Shown: positions 11,860-24,715 of the stretch, in pieces
How the letters are laid out: each line of letters starts with the position of its first letter
How positions within the stretch are numbered: the first letter of the stretch is position 1
Assembly: GCA_013265495.1 (NCBI GenBank)
Contig: MU058636.1
Coordinates: 4,065,741 to 4,129,740 of the forward strand
DNA from: Vicugna vicugna
Taxonomy: Eukaryota
DNA: 64,000 bases
Direction of reading: 5' to 3'
The notes under the pieces: generated by a model
Database searches by the model: none
What the model was told of the DNA's origin: nothing
The model's input: the letters and a program-made list of their open reading frames with translations, nothing else
Made by a program: the position numbers and the translations under genes

Positions 11860-12000
11860 GAATCTGGCCCATAGATATTTTGTTTGAGCCAATTTCTAAA
11901 AATTCTGAGTTTTCAACTAAAAATCAGCTTTCTGACTCTTCTTGAAAGATGTGAAGATCTGGCAATAAGGGGCCCATATTCTTATGCACTGATACTCAGC
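11860..12000. mobile_element. MER102-like hAT fragment
   Basis: 'taaaaatcagctttctgactcttcttgaaagatgtgaagatctggcaa…gggcccatattc'. Confidence 0.5.
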
Positions 12001-13119
12001 TAGAAGTTTAGGAGGGGCATGTACTCCGCCTGGGGCCCGCTGTTCCTCACCCGCCCCACTCACCAACCTGCACCATGTGACAGCCCTCCTGGAGCTGTCA
12101 GCGCAGGAGCCTCATCGGAGTGCATGGGATTCTCTCCCGCTTGGTATTTGCTTTGATCCCACAGCCACTTCTCTTACGTCAGGGCCAGCCTGGGCCCGCC
12201 CGTCTCCTTGGAGGGAGAAGTCCACCACTGCAGGTAGAGGCCAACTCTGGGCCAGCTGGGGGAGATGCAGCAGGGGAGGATGGTAGCCTAAACCAAGACT
12301 AGACTTCAAGTTCATTGTTGAGACAAAAGTGGAAAAGAAACCAGGATCTCTAAGCATCCGAACCTCTCTACTCTCCCACGTGCCTAGTGAGCAGAGGAAG
12401 AACAAAGAGTCATGGCAGAGGGGCCCAGAGAGAGAGGCTGAAGATGTGTGGTTTGCTTCTCTGGGCACACATCTGAATCACGTTTCCCAGACAGCCCTCT
12501 GGTCAGAGTGGGGTCCTGTGAGCCAGACACGTGTGTGGATGGAAGTGATGGACACCACTGCTAAGCCCAGCCTCTACTCCTCCTCCCTCTCCCCGTCTTC
12601 TGCTCACAATCTTTCTTTGCCTAAGGAGCTACAGATTCAGTAGAAGATGCTAAGCAGCCCTGCGAGACCCCGGGGCAGAGTACTCCTCCCCCACATCCTC
12701 ACTGGCCTCTAATGAGAGCAAGAAATAAACGTCTATGATTTCAAGCCACTGAGATTTGGGGGTTGTTAAAACAACTAGCATGTCCTGACTGGTGCCCTGG
12801 CCTTGACTAGCACACAGATTGAGGGTCTACTCAGGCACTTCCAGGAAGTTCAGTTTCCTCTGAGGTCAAATTTCTCAAACAAAGGCTACATGTCCAAATA
12901 CTTCTAATTGTTCCCCATCCGATTGCTGCCTTATTACCAACAATCCGGTTTGTGTTTCTGTGACTCAACTGGCAAGCACCTGCCAAAGTGCATTTTAACT
13001 GCCCAGTCCAAAATTCTTCCCTGTTCTCATTTCACTTGTGTTTTGCGGCATCTGATACTGTTAACTACACTCTTCTTCCTGAAGCTCTTCCCCCAGCTCC
13101 ACATGGGCCCTAGAGGTGG

Positions 13120-13290
13120 ACTGTTCCACCTGTCAGCCTCGCCACCACTTACTAGCTGTGTGACCCTGGGCCACTCCTGAGCCTCACCAAGCTCACTTAC
13201 AGGCTCTTGTGACAATTCAGAAAGAGAATGTAAGCTCACTGGAAGAATGCGATGAATAAATGTAAGCGCTCATTGAATGTTAGCTGCTGT
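13120..13290 (+). mobile_element. MIR SINE
   Basis: 'ccaccacttactagctgtgtgaccctgggcc…' and the tail 'gtaagcgctcattgaatgttagctgct'. Confidence 0.7.
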
Positions 13291-14614
13291 TACAATACAG
13301 TTAACAACACAGCGTCTTGATTTTCTTCTTTTTTCTTTGTCTTCTCTTCTGCAAAAATTTTGGCTCTTCTTTCCCTCCCTGCTCATGGATTGCTGGTTTC
13401 TACAAAGGTTGCTCTGTTGGATCTTTTCACATCTCATTTCTCCTCTGCGACTGACAGACTCCCATGCCAGCTTCTGAACGTCCTACAAGCTTTATTTCTA
13501 ATTTGCCTCCTCCACACCTCTTCCCTCACATGTTGTCAAAGCATCACACATACAGAACAGACTGAGCGCTTCCCTCTGGGGCTTTGTGGCCAACCCAGTC
13601 AGAGACTGGGTCAAAAAGGACGCCTTGAAGACATGAATTGTGTCCTGCGTCCTATTCACTAGAACTAAGTGATGAAGTGACAGCAGAGCCAAGGACTTGG
13701 CAGAGATTTCTTGAAGGGACGTAACTGCTCCTTAACGTCCGAGGCCTTCACAGAGCTCACGATGAGGAAGCACCGCCCGTCACTCACAGTCCTTCTGGTC
13801 CTCTCAGTACCGCCCAGTCGAGGAGCGGCTCAGCTGGCTTATTTTTCTTTAGAATGGGCTTCCCAGGGTATGATCCACACAATACTGGACCCTTCAGACA
13901 CTTCTCAAAAGGAGACCTTCAGAATTAAGTAATAATAATTTTAAAAAGCCCCCTGCTGGAAATTCTCAGAGCACGTTAGTGTAGCGAAGGCCCCGGGAGG
14001 CCCTGCTGTAAAGAGACAGGGGAACTAAGTCAGCTTAGCGTCTGCCAAGCTTATTGTCCGGGTTGAGCCCAGTGTGTGGAGGCCCCTCAGGGACAGCCAA
14101 GGCTGACGTGTGCCACCAGGCCCGAGCTCCAGGGCTGGCGCGTCACGGAGCAGGAGCTCGTGGGAAATCAGGCTGTGCCACCTCTTTTAGGATAGCCCTC
14201 AAAACAGAAGAAGGCCAGAGAAGCTGGGAAAGAGGGAGACCCAGGCACCTGAACTAACTATAACTAGAGAAACCTCAGAGGAATCCTGCCTTCCGATTGC
14301 TGGCTGCAGGGGGTGCCTCTGGGAACACAGTCACCCACCGTACTGTTTGTTTCCTCGCACTCAGATTCCATTGGAATAAATAAAGTTGGTATCTTTAAAA
14401 GAAGTGCTTTCAAAATGTTTTGAAAAGAAGTTCCAGAGAGAGGAAAAATCTCTGTGCCCCCTGCAGCGCAGCAGGCGCACAACCTGCACACGGGCTGGCC
14501 TGTCAGTTTCTCATAAGGGTATTTCCCATGCGGCCACGGGGCGAAGGCCCTGGAGCAGAGCTTGCACAGCGGATGTCCAGGACCCAGAGGTGACCAGCGG
14601 ACTTGCTTTGTTTA

Positions 14615-14850
14615 ACCTACACAGGGTTATAAAAAGTTGAGTAAGACGCCAACATTTAAAAATTGGGAGATTTAGCGTAAAGTATGGATTTCTAGCTTCT
14701 CTTGCAAAAATGGAGTCTCAGCAAATTGGCTGGATCTGAGGAGCTGTTTCCACCTTTACATGGGGTAGGCGCTGTATTTCTACCTCAGGGTAGATTCACT
14801 CACTTATGTTACCTGCATGGCCCTTGTGGAGGTCTGAGTTTGTGACCTTT
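14615..14850. mobile_element. MER102-like hAT MITE
   Basis: 'gccaacatttaaaaattgggagatt…ggatttctagcttctcttgcaaaaatgg…cacttatgttacctgcatggccc'. Confidence 0.55.
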
Positions 14851-17341
14851 GCTATGAAGCACTGTTGGAACTGATACTAAGGTATTTTTAACCATGTTTC
14901 AGCAATGTTACAAAATTTGGGCTTCTTAAATCCCAATAACATAAATGAATGGACCAATGCAGCCCCTTAAAATACTTCCTAAACACACCTGGGACCCTGC
15001 TGGAGCTGCGTCTCACGGCTGTGTATACTAGCTGTGCTCACTCTGTCAGTCATTTTTGTTCCAGCTGGTAGGGCCCAGTGCCACAGCAGCTACTAACACC
15101 CAGTGAAATGGACACTGCAGGTATCACAGAGTAACTGAAGGTCCCCATCTGAAGTAGAGGCTAAGATAATATGCACTTCACTGGGTCATTATGACAGTTA
15201 AATGAATAAATATTTGTAAAATGCTTCAAGCAGGGCCTGGTAAATAGTAAGTACTCTATCTGTACTTAGTAAAAAAAAAAAATTAAATGCTGCCAAAATT
15301 TAATGATGTTGCCAACTTATGTGCTTTTTCCTTTTGTTCTCTCTCTAGTCTGGGATCAAGCTAAAAAATGGCCTATTCCTCAGGTCTGTGTCGGCTTAGT
15401 TTTAAAAAAGGACCTGTCACCCCTGCATGTTTTATTCTCTGCATTCATAAATTGTTTAAGACTACATTCTTGAGTTCTCAATGCCTTAGAGAGATTTTTA
15501 CGGGAAGAGATCTTTTAGTCTTTATTTACTCTTGATTGTACCCTCCCCTTTTGCCCTACCTACCCCCAGAGGCAAGAACATGGTGTCTAGACAGAAATAA
15601 TCTAAATCACAGAGACTGGGTGGCATTCAAATTCACATCTCTCCTGCCTAGGTATAAGCTTCATGCCCCACCTTTCTCTTCCCATAGGAAAGTTTCTATG
15701 GCTTTGCAGCTAGAATGTGAAAGCCGGCTTCCAGGGTACTTCAGAAAGCCCAGCTCCTCAGGATCCAGTGATGAGCATAATTAAGGGCCCCAGGCTGGCT
15801 CTGGGTCACAGAACTGCTGACCACTCTTTCAAACCAACCCTAACCCTCTCCAGACTGGCCTCTGTACCCTAGCCACCTTCACAGCCAAAGCTGCACATAT
15901 CCCTGATTTTCGGGGTAATTCTCTGCAGGCCAGGCGCTAACTCCTCCTTTGAGTGCCAGTAACAGAAGTTGGAAGAGTCTTCAGCAACAAAATGCACTAT
16001 AATCTCTATTTTCTGTCAAACTTCTCCTTGCCATTTCCACCCCCAAATCTCAACCAGCTGATGACCAAATACAAAAATAAACTTTCATCAGTATTCATCA
16101 ATAACTGAAGAAGTGATAACTACTGCTGAAAAGGCCATGCAAAATATTAATCACTCAAGTGCGTACACTACTTCCAGGCACTAAATAATTTTTTTTTTCT
16201 GAGAATAAGTTTTTCTTTCTTGTCTCTTTTTCACATTCTTGGTAAAATTTCTTGAGAGCTTATTTATTCATTGCTTTCCTTAAAGTACTGTATTTGACTA
16301 TGACTTTTGGACATCACCATAAAGGATGTCTATGTACTACACATAATAAAAGCTGCTCGTGTGTAACTGTTTCATATAAACCAGGATGTCTATATAATGC
16401 TTTTAAATAAATGAATGACGTCTGCAACCTTGTGCACAGGCACAGTGGTGCTTGGGTCCACGCCACTCATCATAAACACAGCCATAATGCAATGAGCATG
16501 GCCACAACTTTATTTAATTGGGATACTACTGCTTTGAGATAGATGGCAATATTTCCCTTTGACACATGAAGAATACACTAATACACTGTTCTTTAGAAAA
16601 CTTAGTAACTTGCTCAAGGTCATACTATTGGCCAATGGCAGAGTTCTGATCCAAACTCTAGTGTGTCAGGTCCCAAGGGTCTGGGCTTCCCCGCTAGTGT
16701 ATGGCTAACTCTTTAGCTCTCAGCCCTAAAGGGACAGAAGACTCTGAGGTATAAAGTGTTTAAAAAACATACTCAGGTTGACTCTTAATAAAACTCAGAG
16801 GTTTATGGTCAAAGTCTCTGTCTCATCTCCAGACAACTGTGGGTAAACTACATTGTCAGATTCTAAAAGCATGTGTAGACAGTGATGCAATCCAGCAGTT
16901 GTTATCAGAGGGAGAACATAATTTACTAGTTCTTTTGAGATTTTAGAAATGGATTTCTGTAGAACTTGATATAGGTTAAAGCATTTTCCAAAAGGATCTG
17001 GGCCAGTGATATTCTTCTTTTAAAAAATTTAGTTCCAATAGACTGTCCCAACACTTTGAATAGTTTGTATGAGAGCTCTCTGGGTGTGGTCAAGAATACA
17101 GTTAAGAGTCCCTGGGCAGGATGGGCCAAGGGTCCCAGTTACTGATGGAAACGTGGTGGAGTGGGTCCTGGCCAGGGAAGAAACTTAGCCAAGCTCAAAT
17201 TCAAGGTATCCTAGAGACCATTATAAAAGCTATTATTGCGGGAAAGTACATAGTGGTTTCCAACATCTCCTAATGATGTTAGAACACACTGTTCTAACTC
17301 AAATACCAGAAGACTGTTCAGAAATCCTCACAAATATGTTT

Positions 17342-17431
17342 CTTTTTTTTTTCCTTTCAAGAAAGCAAAGCAAGGATTTATTAAGCAATAGTACGCTCTT
17401 AAGGGAAGAGTGGGCAGACTCAGGTGAGTAG
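17342..17431 (-). mobile_element. Short retroposed 3' end of a polyadenylated (LTR R-like) transcript with TSD
   Basis: The minus strand reads …gagcgtactattgcttAATAAAtccttgctttgctttcttgaaagg-A10. It is flanked by ctcacaaa[t/c]atgttt at 17327-17341 and 17432-17446 (15 bp, 1 mismatch). Confidence 0.75.
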
Positions 17432-17964
17432 CTCACAAACATGTTTTTGAACCAAAATGGCCCATGAACTTCTTGCTTCCTTCAGCCAGTTGCACCTTTG
17501 GTCCATATGGACTTTTTCTACACACATCCTACATGAGAAGAAAGCAAACTAAACCATGCCTTTAATGCTACTGACATACACTTTAAACAACAAATATAAA
17601 AGTGGTGTTCATATTGCTCTTTCCTCTAATTGATAATAAAAAGTCACAACATTAAATAAATTCTTAATGAAGACAGTTTTGGAAGGGAGCTAACTTAAAA
17701 TGGTCTAAATATATACATTTCTGGAGGCTTCAATGGATTACATTTCAGCACATTTATCACATTACTTTATCTCCAAAATAACTTTAACTCAGTCTTCCTT
17801 TCCAGCAGAAAATTTAACGTTCATAATTACTGGGCTTCCCTGCAGCATCATGCAAGGGTTTTCCCACCCCTTTACACAAACAAGAGTATTCAGGGTGGGC
17901 CTCTGCCTTTGTCCACACCGGTTCCTGCCAAATCCTGAGCCTGCTGTTGCTTCCTGCCAGGCTT

Positions 17965-18502
17965 TGCCATTTGCCCACTGGCTGCGCTGAACTACACTTC
18001 CCAGAATCCCCCTTCTTCATGCTTCCTGTCAGTATGAGCTCTGAGGGGGGTTCTCTCGCGACAGTTGGAGGACAGAAGGAAGGCAGCGGCCGCTTTGTCA
18101 CACACACCTTGTTCCTGATCTCTTGACTCATCTTATTGGCCTGAAGCAGCAACTTGGCTTTCCCCCTGGATCTTCTTTCATTTTCTCTGACTCCTAGGTC
18201 AGTTGTATGTGTGTTTAGGTCCTTGAAGAAGGACCCTGGCCCCTGCAGGATATTCCTGTTGACAAGGTCAGAGGCAACAAGAACCCGCGTGGGTCAGCCA
18301 AGTCTCATGGGGCTCCAGCCTGCTCATGACCTTCCTTCCTGACCACAGCTCGTGAGCTCTGGACTCCAGCATCAGATGTGGAGACAGCTTTGCAAAGACT
18401 GCTTGGTGAACTCCCATGAGTGCTTAAGCTGAATTCCCTTTGATAAATCCACATGTATGTATGTCTTACTGGGTCTGCTGCTCTGAGTGAACCCTGACTA
18501 AC
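17965..18502 (-). mobile_element. ERVL-class LTR (MLT2-like)
   Basis: The minus strand begins 'tgttagtcagggttcactcagagcagcagacccagtaaga…gatttatcaaagggaatt' and ends '…ggggattctgggaagtgtagttcagc'. Confidence 0.65.
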
Positions 18503-19459
18503 ACTCTTCCATGCTGCTCTCTGAGGGTACAAGCCTTTCTCAAGGCTGGATTCCCAGGGTCTAGGATGGGGCCTGCCTACATGTGCACCAGTAGCCCCTC
18601 CTCCATAAAGCCCTGTCATCCAAAGATGTGCCCTGCAGTTCAGCACAGTTCTCTGCCATGGTAGAATTTGTGACTTCTGCCCCTTTCTTAGTCTGGGAAG
18701 GATCCCACTGCATGATTCTACTCCATGTCTTCACTCTGGAGGATCGATGATACTTCCTCAGTGGAAATGGGTTGAGGCTTTCACAAAAGACAGGAAGAAG
18801 GCTGGCCTACAGGCCACTTCTGCTTTCAACCCCAGGAGAAACTCAGTGAGGCAAGCCAGGACAACCCCTCACCTCCTTGGAGTTGAGAGGTCAATGTGTG
18901 AGAAAAAAATAAAGGGAAACAAGTACAAACACTTCAGTAATTATCCTGCCATAGGAGGGCAGAGCTAAAGACCTAGATAGAGGTATGTTCCTTGCCTGTG
19001 GTTCCAAAAGCCAGCTAAGTCATTCCCAAATTATATACCTACCAAATCAGAAACTTCTAGGGTGGAGTACAGGGAATCTGTTTTCAGTTAAAACTCCCTC
19101 AAGTGGTTCTTACGCACAGATGAATTAAGAATACCTGTCTTATACCACCTTTTCTATATTGAATGCCCATTCTCTGAGCGGAACATTTGATTGGTAGTGG
19201 ATAGCAAGTAATAATAATCATCCTGTGCAAGGATCTGATGGTTGACTATTCCATGCAGCTAAATATGCATTTGTGTGTTCTGGAAGCCAGAAGAGGCAGT
19301 ATCTTACCCAATATTCTTATGCAATTGGGAGGCAACCCCATCTGTGAAAGAACATGAGCAGTGGGGGTTATAACCAAATAAAAAGATAAATTTTAGGGTC
19401 AGGACTAGACGTCACTGGGGCTGCAGCTCATGGACTGGGAGGAAAAGGAGCCAGAGTTG

Positions 19460-20720
19460 GGTGCAGCCTCACATTTGCCTAAGTGTCCTCCTGAGGCAGA
19501 TGGGTTAGTCTGTTCTTGCCGCTGCGAGTCACACTGCCTTCAGCTGCCCTGGCAGATGTTTACAGAGGCTCAAGGAGTTTCAGTTCACTGAGGAAAGAAA
19601 CACAGACAAAAGCATGATGATGATGATGGAGACTGTCCAGCAAGAAAGAAAAGCCTGATGGGAGCAGTGCACTATGCTGGGTGCCAAGGGTAGCATTCCT
19701 GATGGACAGGAGAATGTGAGGGCTACATGCACTGGTGGCCTTTCTGCATCTGGCATAAAGAGACCTTCTTTGTGAAGCACTGGATCAGGCAACTGGAGAG
19801 CTGCCAAGGGAGGAAGCCCAGAGGAGGTTATAGAAGATTGAAGACAGAGTAATTGACGAAGATGAAGAAGCTGAAACTGATAGAAATATGAATAATGCCC
19901 CCTCCATCCTGTATTACAGCAGATCTGAAGAGGGAGTCTGAGTTGTGAGCTGTTATTCCACGGAGCGTGTACTCTGGGAACCTTCCCCCAAGCGTCTTTT
20001 TGATGAGGCAAAGCCGACACCCAGTGTTTGGACCCCACAGGTTAAAGCCCAGCAAACACACAGCTGCGGGACCGCAGCAGAGGGGGACGCCTGCGCAGCG
20101 GTGTGGAGAGAACTGCCCGCACAGAAGCCACGGAACTCAAGAAACTAGCTTCCAAACTAATGTGGTCTGATTTTAGAAGGCTCCTGTGGCCACGAGCTTG
20201 TTAGCATCATAGAAGGACTAGAGAGTTCTGTGAAATGCGTACAATAGCAGCTCTGCCTGGGACTTGGAGTGGGGATCTCATGTTGGGTAGCCAATGCATT
20301 GGATTCAACTTCTTGCCAAGCAAGCTTGTATCAAAAGAAAAGCTATCATCTACGGGGCTTATTAAAGGAATGTTATTTTACAGCCTCTGCTATGGCAAGT
20401 TTAAGAAGCTTTAGGTAAAGATGACTTAAATCGGTTGCTACGCTGTCTAAATCATTACGGTTAAGCCTCACTGAGAATATTCTAAGGTGAAAGAGATGCT
20501 TGAGAAAGAAGGCTGCTCCTGCTCTATCTGGCAGCTGAATCACACCTTAGTCCATAGCCAGGGGCTCTGCCGACAGCAGCGACCATTCATATTGGTGAGA
20601 AGCTGGGAAGAAATCAAGAGCTTAATTCTCCCCCCTAAGAACTATAATGGAGGCCCTGGGGCTCATGCATTAGTTGCCAATTAATACAACTCTATTGATT
20701 AAATAGTCAGGAGAACTATG
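19460..20720 (+). pseudogene. CCDC117: Processed CCDC117 pseudogene (disrupted CDS ~19460-20150 plus 3'UTR; UTR-like sequence may extend to ~22.4-22.6 kb)
   Basis: From 19577 the translation VSVH*GKKHRQKHDDDDGDCPARKKSL compares with CCDC117 VSVHCKKKHKREEEEDDDCPVRKKRI. At 19822-19893 RRL*KIEDRVIDEDEEAETDRNMN compares with RKLQEIEDRIIDEDEEVEADRNVN, and later ERVLWEPSPKRLFDEAKP compares with ELVLWKPLPELLSDKPKP. The match is contiguous without introns, has in-frame stops (19589, 19831) and frameshifts. The downstream 'ggggcttattaaaggaatgtt' and 'gattaaatagtcaggagaac' match the recalled 3'UTR. Confidence 0.88.
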
Positions 20721-22849
20721 GCTTACTGCTGCCTCTGAAAATGCGGTGAAAATACAAAAATAAAAAAAGTTTTTTCTCCCAAGGTTTATTTACCTTATGC
20801 TAGTGCCGTTCCTTGGTTTCCCTTGAGTAATTGACACACCAGGCTATTCGGTGTGTTTACTAATTAGTGATGAGTGGTCGGGACAAAGACTAGGACGGGA
20901 ACCAGGTGCAGACTGGCTACGGGAGGGCAGCCCAGCGGATCCCGAGGAAGTGCTGTGTCAGCCAAACAACTTCTGCAGTTAACAAAAAGTTACACCTCTA
21001 CTAGGAAGCTAAGTTTTGTTGAGGGTTAATTTTGAAAATGATAATGAACTCTTAACTGAGAACGTACTGGCAAGCGGCACTGAGATTCACTGAAATAGTC
21101 AACCCGCCTGGTGTGTAACACATCCTGCGCAGTAATCCTAAACATCAGTGGAGACTAGTTTCCCGCTAGCAGGGAATCATCGGCGGTGCCCAGACCAGAC
21201 TCTTAGGTGTCCTTGTGGGTAGACAGAGTGAAGTTTTAATTTCTAGGAAGAACTCTTCAATGTGGAAAGAACTTGTGGTGATAAGTGAAATGACAGTTCC
21301 TCTACTGTTTCGGACTATCCACTACAACGTTGAAAAGTGATCCTCACATCACACAATGGAAGACCATCCAAGATTTTTATTCTATTTTCCCCTTAGTGAG
21401 AAATTGAACATTGTGCAGAAAGAAAATGGTTTATGCCAAGTAGAGATGAACTTTCCGAAAGCAGCCCCATGCTGAAATCTCTTCCCTTGTTGCAGATGGT
21501 GTAGACGAGGCACTAATTCCACTGGCTTCACGTCTTGCCTGACAGCCCTGCTCTATTTGTCTGTGTAGTCATGAAAACTTTCAATATTTAATATTTGAAT
21601 ACAATATTTAATGTCTGTACAGGAAATGTATTGGAACTTCAAACGAGTATTGAAACCAGGTGTAAACCAGCTAATGGTTTCTTAATCTCAGACTTGGAGA
21701 TGAGTGTCAACTATTTTTGTGAAATGTGTTTGAAAAACTCCTGCCTCAAGATCACTGTTAAATGGGATCAACTTTCAGAATTGCTTCTGAGCTAAAAAAT
21801 TTATTCTAGTATGAGACCAAAAAGTAATGGCAAGCCTGTCCGGAGTTAAAGGAGAAGGTATGACGGTGGCCTTCCAAGACATGACTAAGATTGTATTTTA
21901 TGCCAAACTATATACTATTCCTATAGAATCTATATGAATTGCTGGGCAGGTTTCTAAACAAAGGTGTACGCAATGAAAAGAAGTAAAGTACAGAAGGGCC
22001 CCAAAACAAGGTTCTCAAAGTGTTGGTAAAGATAGGGGAGAATTAAGATTCTGTTAAGATTCAAACAGAACTTGTTTCAGGAGTCTTTACCTGACACGAT
22101 ACTTACTTTCCGCCAAAAAAAAAAAAAGGATACTGAACATCCTTTTTGAACTTATCTTCTTGCCTATATTTCACAAAGATTGCTTCCTTTATCCTTGTGA
22201 TGCTTTACTACTGTTTCCATTTAGCATGGATTAGTATGGATTAGATGTTAGAAAAAAATTATCTAGAGCATGAAAACGTTAATGAACAAATGTGTATTTT
22301 CTTTAACTTGTGCAGTAGAATTCTGTTTGGTGTTTTTTTGTTGTTCCTATAAAGGAAATGAGTCTGGTTCTTATAAATATTAAAGGAAAAACTACTTTTT
22401 CTTGAAAGGCACAGATGCAAACTTTAGAAAAATAATGGGAGGGAGAAGAAGCACAAGAAGCATATTTACTAGCAAAGAGCCCGTGTTAAGTGGGATCTGA
22501 ACCTTAAGATTTTTCTTCTTTTTTTTTTTAAAGAGTGACAAGAACTGTACAGGACTAGGGAAAGTTCTGAAAGATGCTGTCAATTTTACTTTAAAATGAG
22601 ATTGTGATGTTTCTGTATGTTATCTTTTCTGATGAAATTTTAAGGGATTTTGGGGGGGAAAAGTCTAGTTTCAGTTGCCATCATGTTTACCAACTGTTCC
22701 AGGCATAGATGAGGGCTAGCTGGAGTCATGGCCCAAGGTTTAGTCAAAGCCAGAGTTCTGGTTCAAGGCAGAGGCGTCGACCAGATTGAGACCCCAGTCA
22801 CAGAACTGCCTCAACAGTATCTAAGTTGCTCTTGAATCTTAGTGACCTA

Positions 22850-23830
22850 GAATTTATTTTTTCAGTATTATGATTGAGTATTGAACATTATAGATTTATA
22901 TATTCAATGTGTTTCAACAATCCCAGTCATTCTTTTTAATGCTCAAAGTGTCCCAAATTTGACCAGTGGGGCCCTTTAATCGGCTGTTGTTATTCTGACA
23001 TTACCTAGTATCTGGGTACTCCTGTGCTTTCTAGAACAAGGCTCACCTTCTTCATTTCCCATCCCAGACCTAGAATCAGTCAAGTCTGGTTTAGTAGTGT
23101 GTGAGTAGAATGGTATTTTGAAACCAAAATCTTGACATTGATGGGAAGCCAAACGTGACAGGGCATCACCAACGACATATGCTTGTCACAATGTTACGCT
23201 TGAATCTGGCCAAGGCGTCAGAACTTTCTTCTGGTTGACTGGAAATGCAGGGAATAGAAGACCAAATTAAATAACGTAGTGATGAAACCGGGAGACAAAT
23301 CCAGACTATGGGGACTTCTACCAGACACTCAGCTTGGTTTCTTTAATAAATCAATGGCATAAACGATGTGGGGAGGTCTGTTGTACATCTGAAGAGACTT
23401 AAAAGATGTAACAAAAATAATGTGGGGTCATTACCTAAATTCTTTTTTAAAAAGGTATAAAATCACTCCAAGAGATTGTTAGGGAAATTTTAATATAGAT
23501 TCAATGTTAGATGATACTAGGTAATTAATTTTTTGAGGTGTGACAATGGTATTATGGTTGCTTAGCTAAATATTTTTGGTGACAAAGGCTACAATAAAGT
23601 GTTTAACGGTAAATGCAATGATGTCTTTAGTTTATTTAAAATTATTTAACAAAAATAAAAACCAAGGTAAAATACTATATAACAATATAAATATATATGT
23701 ATATATGAAGAAGATGTGCAAACTCTTCAACAATTGTTGAAGAACTGTTAAATCTAGGTGATGGGTATTTACTGCACTACTCCTTTTCCTTTTCTGTATG
23801 TTTCCTTTTATTATAAAAAAAGTTTAAAAA
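22850..23830. mobile_element. Old L1 3'-end fragments (L1MC/ME-type), both orientations
   Basis: 'aatgctcaaagtgtcccaaatttgaccagtgggg' (minus-type) and 'gttaaatctaggtgatgggtatttactgcactactc…tttctgtatgttt…ataaaaaa' (plus-type). Confidence 0.6.
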
Positions 23831-23904
23831 AGGGACTTTGGGACACAGGAAGCTTTATGCTCCTGAGAACTTTATGCCAGCGTTTCTTCCTGCCTTTCCT
23901 GCAC

Positions 23905-24250
23905 CACCCTCCCAGTTTCCAAGTCAGAAGTCTGAGAGTCTTCCTCGACTCCTCTTCCTTCTTCAGCTTTTTCATTCAACAAGTACCACATTTTTCCAAT
24001 TACGTCTTCTAAATACATCATGGATCCACCCCAATCTGTGACCACGATCTCCGGGGACCCCGGCAGCCACCTTCAGACTGACCTCCCTCCTCCGGGAACA
24101 TCTTCTTCACATCCATTCAGCCCCAGAGTAATCTTTCCAAAGTGCAATTCTGATCACACTGCCTCTCCGTGACTCCCCATTGCTTAGAGGATAAAGTCCA
24201 AGCCCCTAGCATGGTGTGCAACGCTGTGTGGCCTGCACCACCTATCCCTG
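23905..24250 (-). mobile_element. L2 fragment
   Basis: 'cagagtaatctttccaaagtgcaattctgatcac…ctccccattgcttagaggataaagtccaag'. Confidence 0.7.
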
Positions 24251-24469
24251 CTCCAGCAACGTGGAGCTGTACTCGTACTGTCTCCTCTGTGATGCCGTTC
24301 AAGTCCTCCTCCCCTGGCTGACTCCTCATGGGCATCCTAAAATTCCCAAATGCAGGAGTCCTCCTTCCCCAGGCCAGTTCTTCAGTCACACTACCATATT
24401 ACTGGGCTGCAAGTCCCCCATAATAGCACACACCATTGCTGTTACTGCATTTGCTCATACTTGTGCAAA

Positions 24470-24715
24470 GCAGTGGGATGTAGTGATTGGAGTCAAAGTG
24501 CCTGAGTTTGAATCTAGCTCTGCTCCCCACTCCCCACTGGTGCTGGGCAAGTAACTGAACCTTTCCATGCCTGTCGTTCTCATCTATGGAGTCAGGATCA
24601 TAGTAATAGAGCCTAACTTACAAAGTGCTGAGGGTGAAGCGAGTCTAATAAACACGTCAAGTTTAGAATAGTGCCTGGTACATTGTAAGCACTCAATAAG
24701 TGTTAGCTATTAAGA
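24470..24715 (+). mobile_element. MIR SINE, near full length
   Basis: 'ggagtcaaagtgcctgagtttgaatctagctctgc…gggcaagtaactgaacc…agaatagtgcctggtacattgtaagcactcaataagtgttagctatta'. Confidence 0.85.

Noticed and set aside
21484..21570. Acceptor-like 'cttcccttgttgcag|atggtgtag' as a terminal exon
   Set aside because: It lies in the probable CCDC117 3'UTR retrocopy, has no upstream partner exons, and encodes no recognisable peptide.
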